Positions 57,432 to 64,000 of a stretch of 64,000 bases of DNA are shown here, piece by piece. Under the pieces are notes generated by a model. The model made no database searches and had not been told where the DNA came from. It saw only the letters and a program-made list of their open reading frames with translations. This DNA is from Alkalispirochaeta sp. (GTDB lineage: Bacteria > Spirochaetota > Spirochaetia > DSM-27196 > Alkalispirochaetaceae). Where the stretch lies: positions 1,344,001 to 1,408,000 of the forward strand of contig OZ271854.1 of assembly GCA_965601925.1 (NCBI GenBank). The letters run 5' to 3'. Position 1 is the first letter of the stretch. Each line of letters begins with the position of its first letter. The translations under genes were made by a program, and so were the position numbers.

Positions 57432-57451
57432 CCATGTGATATATCATGTGG
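57432..57451. promoter_or_regulatory. Putative GntR-family operator
   Basis: CCATGTGATATATCATGTGG with perfect core TGATATATCA (57437-57446) upstream of the GntR gene. Confidence 0.55.
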
Positions 57452-57479
57452 TTCGTTCAATCAAGGACAGGAGGCATCG

Positions 57480-58133
57480 GTGTCGCGCCGCGGCAGCAAC
57501 GATCAGAGTAAACAAACACTATCGCGCACTGCGTACGACGCACTGTTGGAGCGCTTACTCAACAATAAGCTAGTTCCCGGCGAGATTCTCAATCGTCGCG
57601 ATTTGGCGGCCGAGCTCGGCATGAGCGTCGCTCCGGTACTGGAGGCGGTCGTACAGTTGGAGATGGAAGGATTTCTGGAGAGCATCGCCAGAAAGGGTAC
57701 GCAGGTACGGCCGATTCGGACCGAGGACGTCTTCGGTATGCTGGTGATCCGCGAGGCGTTGGAGTGTCAGGCGGCGCGTATGTACTGCGGCGAGCCGGTC
57801 AGGAATCGTCTGGACGAACTGCGACCGCTGGCAAAGGAGCTCGAGCAATCGAACCCGGAGCAACCGGAGTACTGGAAGAACGAAATCGTCTTTCATCGCG
57901 CTTTGGTGGACCTGGCGAACTGCTCCCGTCTGTCCGAAGAGTTCCAGCGCTGCATGCATCTAAATGTCTTTTACGCGATTCATAAACTAACGATGACCAG
58001 TGTCGGTCTCAACCATCGTCGGCACGACAGGTTGCTCGATGAGTTGCTCGTTCCCGATCCGGACCACGCCGAGCGCGTCGTACGCGAACACGTCCGCTCC
58101 GGAAAGGGCTCCCTTGTTGCGAGGCTGGCGTAA
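57480..58133 (+). CDS. GntR-family (FadR/FCD) transcriptional regulator
   Basis: AYDALLERLL..LVPGEIL..LAAELGMSVAPVLEA..LEMEG wHTH; IREALE, FHRAL FCD motifs; GTG 57480 with AGGAGG. Confidence 0.88.
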   Translation: MSRRGSNDQSKQTLSRTAYDALLERLLNNKLVPGEILNRRDLAAELGMSVAPVLEAVVQLEMEGFLESIARKGTQVRPIRTEDVFGMLVIREALECQAARMYCGEPVRNRLDELRPLAKELEQSNPEQPEYWKNEIVFHRALVDLANCSRLSEEFQRCMHLNVFYAIHKLTMTSVGLNHRRHDRLLDELLVPDPDHAERVVREHVRSGKGSLVARLA

Positions 58134-58191
58134 TGCGCACAGTCGCGGTCGTCCCGACTAAACGCCGGACCGCGTGCAGGAGCGGTGAGGC

Positions 58192-59073
58192 ATGAAAGCG
58201 ATATCCGGCCTCTTACCGGCGCTCATTACTCCGTTTGACGGCAACGGTGCCGTACTCGAGTCGTCGTTGCGCGCCCTTGTCGAACGCCTCATCGATCAGG
58301 GTGTGAACGGCTTCTATGTCGGAGGAAGCACCGGCGAGGCATTTCTCCTCACCCGGGAAGAGCGCAAGCATATCCTCACCGTCGTCGTGGAGCAAACTGC
58401 GGGGCGCATTCCGGTGGTCTACCACGTCGGCAGTATCAGCACCGCCGAGGCGATCGATCTCAGCCGCCACGCCGAAACCGTAGGCGCCAATGCGGTCTCG
58501 GCGATTCCGCCCTTCTACTACGGGTTCAATCGCGCTGAGATCGTGCGCTATTACTTGGATATCGCGGAAAGCACGGGACTACCGTTCATATTGTACAACT
58601 TCCCTCAGTTCTCCGGTGTGACGTTGGATCGCGATATGACTTCAACGCTTTTTCGTCACGAAAGCGTAATAGGCATCAAGCACACATCGGTCGATCTTCC
58701 GCAGTTGGAACGGATGAAGCGCGCACATCCCGGTATGGTGATCTTGAGCGGCCACGACGATACGCTCTTGGGTGCGCTCGCGATGGGCGCCGACGGCGCA
58801 GTCGGCAGTACCTACAACCTCATGGCGCCTCAGTTTTTGGAGATGATGCGTCTCGTTCACGGCGGCGATACGGCGGGCGCCAGACATATCCAATCGATCG
58901 TCAACGAGATGATCGATGTCCTCGTGGATGCCGGCATCTTCAATGCGATCAAGCACCTGTTAACGGTCGAAGGCATTCCATGCGGCCGGTGCCGCGCCCC
59001 CTTTGCGCCCCTCGATGGAGACCAACTCGCGCGCCTCGAGAAATCATGGGAGAGATTCAAGCTCGACATCTGA
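58192..59073 (+). CDS. N-acetylneuraminate lyase-like aldolase (DHDPS/NanA family)
   Basis: ALITPF, GSTGE, PPFYY, YNFPQFSG, GIKHTS (Schiff-base Lys), GHDD, GSTYN. Confidence 0.85.
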   Translation: MKAISGLLPALITPFDGNGAVLESSLRALVERLIDQGVNGFYVGGSTGEAFLLTREERKHILTVVVEQTAGRIPVVYHVGSISTAEAIDLSRHAETVGANAVSAIPPFYYGFNRAEIVRYYLDIAESTGLPFILYNFPQFSGVTLDRDMTSTLFRHESVIGIKHTSVDLPQLERMKRAHPGMVILSGHDDTLLGALAMGADGAVGSTYNLMAPQFLEMMRLVHGGDTAGARHIQSIVNEMIDVLVDAGIFNAIKHLLTVEGIPCGRCRAPFAPLDGDQLARLEKSWERFKLDI

Positions 59074-59313
59074 CGCTCATAGCCGGTGGACGGTAGTGAG
59101 CGACTGGCGGCGTTCCGAAAGTCCCTTCCCTACATTGATATCTCACGCAGAGCTCGCACAGAGACGGCGGGAGGGATCGGTTCCCTTTCTCCGCGGACTC
59201 CGTGAGCTTTTCTTTCACGGGATGCTTGCGAACTTGACGGCCGAGACGCTATCTCCACCGACCGTGTCGCCACGGCGCCCTCGGACACCCCACGCGGTCG
59301 GCGATAGCGCACC

Positions 59314-60522
59314 TCATGGATGTCCGGCAGCTCGGTCGGCGTGTCGTCTCCATACTTCATGCTCCACGTCAAACGTCCACTCGCTGCTATCTACCGCCAG
59401 CTCCCGGCGCCGCCAGCCGCCGCGAACCCGCGCCATCGTCTCGTCCCAGGAGCGCAAGCCCTCCAGCGCATCGATCGCCTCGACGTTGCACGCACCCACT
59501 GCAACCGCAGCCTCCAGCGCGCCCTCAGGAGCAAGACCGCGGAGCAACGCCGCCAAGAACCCCGCGATCGTGGCGTCGCCGGCGCCGGTAGTACCGACGA
59601 CGGCGGTACGAAAGCACGGTGCCCACAGCTCCCTGTCGGTCCAATCGTTGGAGTGCGCCGGTCGCGCCGCCCCGAGAGCGGCGATTCGCTGTGCGGCAGC
59701 GGTGCGTAGGTAGAGCCCCCGTTCTCCCAGCTTGATAGCGACGATCGCCGCTCCCATGGCAAGCAGCTCGGCGCCGAGCTCGGAGAGCAGCTGCGGGGGA
59801 ACAAGGGGTGCGATACTTCCCCCACCGGCGGAGTCGAACAGTTCGTCGAAAAGAGGTCGACGCACCATGTAGAGGAGCTCATCCAGGCTCGGCAAAAAAA
59901 GATCGACGTGCGGCAACGTTGAGTTCAGGATCGCCTTCCAGTCCGCTTGCCCCGCCTCGGACAGCGGGTTGGGGAGCGACATGTCCAGCGATGTAGTCAC
60001 GCCGGTGGACCGCACGTGCTCGAACATCCGTGACAATTGTCGTCCTCCGTCGCGATACATCTCTTTGAGCAGTGGGGGATACCCAAAATGGAACAGTCGC
60101 GCCCGGGCTACACGTTCATAGTCGATATCGTCGGCGCAGAAGCGCTCGTTGGCGCCGGGATAGTGCAAAAAGAGGCGATCAATCTCCGGCGGGCTGATGA
60201 CGATCGTGTACGAGGTGTGGAGCGTCTCGTCTACGACCAGACCGTCCGCCATATGGTCGCCGTAGCGGTTCACGATCGAAGCCACGATCCGGCCCAACTC
60301 GTCGTTGCCGACCTTTGCCATGAGGTACGTTGAAATGCCGAGGATGGTGAGCGCCAGACCGGTGTTGGAAACCGGACCGCCGGTGCAGTGTGTGATCGGC
60401 CCGACGGAGAGCGTGCCGCCCGGTACGAAGGTCGTTGCAAACTGATCGCCGAAGCGCTCCGATAGGGTCGGGATCATGTCGAGACACAGATGCCCGGCGA
60501 CGATCGCATCCGACGTGTTCAT
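59314..60522 (-). CDS. PfkB-family carbohydrate kinase
   Basis: GGPVSNTG, KVGNDELG, IKLGERG, GTTGAGD motifs. Confidence 0.88.
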   Translation of the reverse strand: MNTSDAIVAGHLCLDMIPTLSERFGDQFATTFVPGGTLSVGPITHCTGGPVSNTGLALTILGISTYLMAKVGNDELGRIVASIVNRYGDHMADGLVVDETLHTSYTIVISPPEIDRLFLHYPGANERFCADDIDYERVARARLFHFGYPPLLKEMYRDGGRQLSRMFEHVRSTGVTTSLDMSLPNPLSEAGQADWKAILNSTLPHVDLFLPSLDELLYMVRRPLFDELFDSAGGGSIAPLVPPQLLSELGAELLAMGAAIVAIKLGERGLYLRTAAAQRIAALGAARPAHSNDWTDRELWAPCFRTAVVGTTGAGDATIAGFLAALLRGLAPEGALEAAVAVGACNVEAIDALEGLRSWDETMARVRGGWRRRELAVDSSEWTFDVEHEVWRRHADRAAGHP

Positions 60523-60610
60523 CGGTGGACATTACCGCCGTGATGCCCACGTACCGCGGCCGGCGGTGTTGAGCGAGAACGATAGAGTGCCGACGTATCC
60601 GAGGTTTTCA

Positions 60611-60639
60611 TTGACAAAGATCACCTGGTATATCATACT
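60611..60639 (+). promoter_or_regulatory. Sigma70 promoter with overlapping GntR-like site
   Basis: TTGACA (60611-60616), 17 nt, CATACT (60634-60639); TGGTATATCA at 60626-60635. Confidence 0.65.
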
Positions 60640-60755
60640 CGAACCTGCGGCGGGACACAAGGTTTTTCGCACCACACACCTTTGGCAACCGAGGAATAGG
60701 AGCTGGTTCCGATGCAAAATGGGCGCGTCTGTCGGCATTGCAGGGAGGGACGGAG

Positions 60756-61805
60756 GTGAAAGCGGCGGTCTATTACGGACCCGGTGATATTCGCGTCGAG
60801 GAGCGCCCGGAGCCGGCCCCTACCGACGACAATCTGCTCGTCGAGATTCTATGTTGCGCAATCTGCGGCACCGATCTCAAGCTGGCGACGATCGGCAATC
60901 CGCGTTGTAAGCCGCCGCGAATCATCGGCCACGAGTTGGTCGGACGCGTCACCCACGTCGGCGCGCGTGTCGCCGGATATGCGGTGGGAGATCGTGTGAC
61001 CCTTGCCACGACCGTCGCGTGCGGCCGCTGTGCGTATTGCGAACGCGGCCTCGGCAACCTCTGCCTCAACGCCAAACCGATCAGCTACGACTTCGACGGC
61101 GGATTCGCCGAGTGCCTTGCGATCCCGCCGGAGGCGCTGGCCGGCGGCAACGTGATCAAAGTCCCCGACGAGCTCTCCAACGAGGCCGCCTCTCTCTCGG
61201 AACCGTTGAGCTGCGTCATTAACGCGCAGCGTCTGGCGGGCGTGAGACGCGGCGATCGCGTGGTGGTCCTCGGCGGTGGGCCTTTGGGAGCGCTCAACGT
61301 CGAGTTTGCCAAGGCCTCCGGTGCGAGTGAGGTAATGGTTGTGCAACGGTCCGAGCCTCGCCTGTCGCTACTGCGCAAGCTCGCCGACGTCACCGTGATC
61401 GACGGGAAACACGAGGATGTCAAAGACGTCGTCGATCGCCGTAGCGGGGGATTGGGTGCCGATGTGGTGGTAGTGAGCGCTCCGACGCGCAACGCCCACG
61501 AGATCGCCCCGTCTCTACTACGCAAGGGGGGCACGGTAAGCCTCTTTGCCAGCCTTCCGCGCGGCGACTCGACGATCGAGCTGGACAGCCGCCCACTCCA
61601 TTACGGTGAGCTCGCCGTAGTGGGTGCTTCCGACTCGCGGCCGGAGCACGTAACCGAGGCGGTACGCGTGATGGCCGACGGCGCGATCGACACCGAGACG
61701 ATCATCACGCACCGTGTGGCGCTCGACGCCTTTCACGACGGTATCGAGCTGATGAAGCGCAAAGAGTCCCTCAAAGTAATCGTCTATCCGCGGGGTATAC
61801 CGTGA
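60756..61805 (+). CDS. Zinc-dependent alcohol/polyol dehydrogenase
   Basis: ICGTD, GHELVG, CGRCAYC..NLC, EPLSC, GGGPLG motifs; GTG 60756 with GGAGG. Confidence 0.92.
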   Translation: MKAAVYYGPGDIRVEERPEPAPTDDNLLVEILCCAICGTDLKLATIGNPRCKPPRIIGHELVGRVTHVGARVAGYAVGDRVTLATTVACGRCAYCERGLGNLCLNAKPISYDFDGGFAECLAIPPEALAGGNVIKVPDELSNEAASLSEPLSCVINAQRLAGVRRGDRVVVLGGGPLGALNVEFAKASGASEVMVVQRSEPRLSLLRKLADVTVIDGKHEDVKDVVDRRSGGLGADVVVVSAPTRNAHEIAPSLLRKGGTVSLFASLPRGDSTIELDSRPLHYGELAVVGASDSRPEHVTEAVRVMADGAIDTETIITHRVALDAFHDGIELMKRKESLKVIVYPRGIP

Positions 61806-62305
61806 TTCTGGCGACGCGCCACATCGGCATCGTGGTGGCCGACATGGACCGGAGCGTGCGCTTCTGGCGCGACGTGATGGGTCTCGAGGTGGCTATCGAT
61901 TTTCGCCAGACGGGAGCGTACATCGAACGGGTGCAGGCGCTCAAAGGCGTGGATCTGCGCATGGTGAAGCTGACCGCCCCGGACGGCTCCATGATCGAGC
62001 TCTTGGCCGACGACGCCCACCCGTCGGCGAGTCACGGTAGCGACCGACTCTGTGACCACGGTATTCGCCATATCGCCTTCAACGTCACCGACATCGCCGT
62101 GGCATGGCGCACCCTGAGCGACCACGGTTGCCGGCCTTTGAGCGAACCGACCGACTCGCCGGACGGAAATGTCAAACTCTTTTTTACCCGCGACCCCGAG
62201 GGCAATCTATTGGAGATCGTGCAGGAGCTTAAGCCGTCGGTGCACAGCTCCGGCGGGGGTACCCGGGCACGAGATGAAGCCACGACCGCGGGACGGCCTC
62301 GATGA
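61802..62305 (+). CDS. VOC/glyoxalase-family protein
   Basis: HIGIVVADMDRS..FW, IELL, HIAFNV, RDPEGNLLE motifs. Confidence 0.88.
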   Translation: MILATRHIGIVVADMDRSVRFWRDVMGLEVAIDFRQTGAYIERVQALKGVDLRMVKLTAPDGSMIELLADDAHPSASHGSDRLCDHGIRHIAFNVTDIAVAWRTLSDHGCRPLSEPTDSPDGNVKLFFTRDPEGNLLEIVQELKPSVHSSGGGTRARDEATTAGRPR

Positions 62306-63066
62306 GCGTCGCTCTTTCGGGACACCTGGCGCTCGTCACCGGCGGCGCCACCGGCATCGGCGCCGCAACAGTCGAGCGGCTGACGCACGACGGCGCGGCG
62401 GTGGTGTGTTGCTACAATCGGAGCCGCGATAATGCCGAGGCGTTGGCGAAACGACTGGGACGCGACGGCGCCGCCGTCTTTACCACCCGGATGGACGTAT
62501 CGGATCCCGAGAGCGTGGAGGGGGCGGTGCGGGCGGCAACGAACCGGTTCGGTCGCGCGATCGACGTGTTGATCAACAACGCCGGTGACGTCTTCAAAAC
62601 CGCGCCGCTCGAGAAAATGACACCGGCGCTGTGGGACACGGTGCTGGGAGTCAATCTGCGAGGCGCCTTTCTGTGCGCCAAAGCGTGCATTCCCGGCATG
62701 AAAGCGGAGAAGTGGGGACGCATCATCAACGTCACTTCAATCTCGGCGCGCACCGGCGGCGGCCCCGGCTCGGCTCATTACGCGGCGAGTAAAGGCGGCC
62801 TGGACGCGCTAACGCGCTCAATGGCGATCGAGTTGGCGCCGGCGGGCATCACCGTCAACGGTGTGGCGCCGGGCGTGATCGACACGCCGATTCACCAGCG
62901 CATCAACACACCCGAGTCGCTGGAACGTATCCGCCGTGCGATTCCCCTGGCGCGCCTCGGCGACCCGCAGGAGATCGCCGCGGCGATCTCCTTTCTCGCG
63001 TCCGACGACGCGGCGTACATCACCGGCGAGATCATCGCGGTCAACGGCGGCAAGCGGCTCGATTGA
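62302..63066 (+). CDS. Short-chain dehydrogenase/reductase (FabG-like)
   Basis: TGGATGIG, NNAG, YAASK, VAPGVIDT motifs. Confidence 0.92.
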   Translation: MSVALSGHLALVTGGATGIGAATVERLTHDGAAVVCCYNRSRDNAEALAKRLGRDGAAVFTTRMDVSDPESVEGAVRAATNRFGRAIDVLINNAGDVFKTAPLEKMTPALWDTVLGVNLRGAFLCAKACIPGMKAEKWGRIINVTSISARTGGGPGSAHYAASKGGLDALTRSMAIELAPAGITVNGVAPGVIDTPIHQRINTPESLERIRRAIPLARLGDPQEIAAAISFLASDDAAYITGEIIAVNGGKRLD

Positions 63067-63098
63067 GCTCACGCGGGCCGAGCAAGGAGCGAGCGATC

Positions 63099-64000
63099 AT
63101 GACGGCACGATCGAGGACAACCGAACCGACAAAGGAGTCACCGGCGGCGAACCATACGCCTCAGGACGCACTGCGACTCTTTACCTTGGCCGGCAAGAGC
63201 GCCCTCGTTACCGGCGCGGCGCGCGGCATCGGGCGCGCGGTCGCCGAGGGGCTCGCCTCGATCGGCGTCCAGGTGGTCGTCACCGACGTCAACGCCGGCG
63301 AGCTGCGGCGAACCGAGGCACGCATCGTCGAGGCGCACGCCTCCGGGAGCGGTTGCCTGGCCCTGCCTGCGGAGCTCACCGACGACGGGGAACGCGCGCG
63401 GCTGGTGGAGCAGAGCGTAGAGCATTTCGGTGGCATCGATATTCTCGTAAACTGCGCCGCCATCACGCGCTCGACGCCGTCGGAACGCTATCCACGCGAA
63501 GACTGGGACTCCACGCTGGCGGTCAACCTCTCGGCAGTCTTTCATCTCTGCCGGGAGGTGGCGACGCGTACGATGCTTCCGCGGCGACGCGGAAGCATCA
63601 TCAACGTATGCAGCATCAACAGTGTGGTCGCCTTTCCTAACAACCCCGCCTACCAAGCGGCCAAGGGGGGCCTCCTGCAACTGACCCGGGCGTTGGCCAC
63701 CGACTGGGCCAAATACAACATCCGGGTCAACAACATCTGCCCCGGCTACTTCAACACGCCGCTGTCGCGCAAGAGCTACGAAGATCCGCGTGCCCACGCG
63801 GTACGCGCGCGGCGCACGATGCTTAACCGCTGGGGCGAGCCCGGGGAGATGGTAGGCCCAGTGATCTTTCTTGCGTCCGATGCATCGAGCTACGTCACCG
63901 GTAACGATCTCTTTGTGGACGGCGGCTGGGCTGCGTCGGGACTCACGGAAGCACAAGACGCTCCGGAGAGCGGATCGGTCGAAAGCGAGTCGAGCGGGAG
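63099..64000 (+). CDS. Short-chain dehydrogenase/reductase (KduD/gluconate-5-dehydrogenase-like), stop outside window
   Basis: Not in ORF track. AAGGAG RBS, ATG 63099; LFTLAGKSALVTGAARGIG, YQAAKGG, CPGYFNT, VDGGW. Confidence 0.88.
   Translation, partial: MTARSRTTEPTKESPAANHTPQDALRLFTLAGKSALVTGAARGIGRAVAEGLASIGVQVVVTDVNAGELRRTEARIVEAHASGSGCLALPAELTDDGERARLVEQSVEHFGGIDILVNCAAITRSTPSERYPREDWDSTLAVNLSAVFHLCREVATRTMLPRRRGSIINVCSINSVVAFPNNPAYQAAKGGLLQLTRALATDWAKYNIRVNNICPGYFNTPLSRKSYEDPRAHAVRARRTMLNRWGEPGEMVGPVIFLASDASSYVTGNDLFVDGGWAASGLTEAQDAPESGSVESESSG

Noticed and set aside
59003..59713. 236-aa plus-strand ORF and 59074-59313 intergenic hairpins as an sRNA
   Set aside because: The ORF is mostly antisense to pfkB with no motifs; the hairpins fit termination between convergent genes and match no RNA family I recognise.
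1..64000. CRISPR arrays, tRNA, rRNA, prophage or intact transposases
   Set aside because: No regularly spaced repeats, cloverleafs, rRNA-like tracts, phage hallmark genes or complete transposase ORFs were seen by eye; tRNAscan/Infernal were not run.

Overview
GC-rich bacterial chromosomal window, probably from a free-living spirochaete (inferred from the PyrB-PyrI fusion, the many lipoproteins and the overall gene content). No rRNA, tRNA or CRISPR array was seen. The most striking region is 1-18,950. A giant minus-strand ORF missed by the ORF track (ATG 4297, at least 1432 codons, runs off the left edge; signal peptide, Ala/Glu-rich, Trp-studded coiled coil) is divergently transcribed from a fully overlapping 8-gene operon: TPR lipoprotein, small lipoprotein, TolC, long-hairpin adaptor, two Ig-like lipoproteins and two degenerate AcrB-like RND subunits. 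A convergent second TPR lipoprotein follows. This looks like a candidate uncharacterised RND/TolC-based secretion or surface-assembly system for a giant protein rather than a drug pump. The remainder is metabolic: a YesMN-type two-component pair with a GH3 glycosidase; a LacI-tctCBA-oxidoreductase/MFS/glycerate-kinase cluster with a repeated TTGCATGCAA palindrome; dhaKLM with an EIIA-HPr-EI fusion; a pyrimidine operon with PyrBI and PyrD-PyrK fusions, a leader uORF/terminator and a 3-gene interruption; a small foreign-looking islet next to a TetR gene fused to an IS630 remnant; and a GntR-linked NanA-like/PfkB/ADH/VOC/SDR sugar cluster that runs off the right edge. All calls are from motif reading by eye; no database searches were run.
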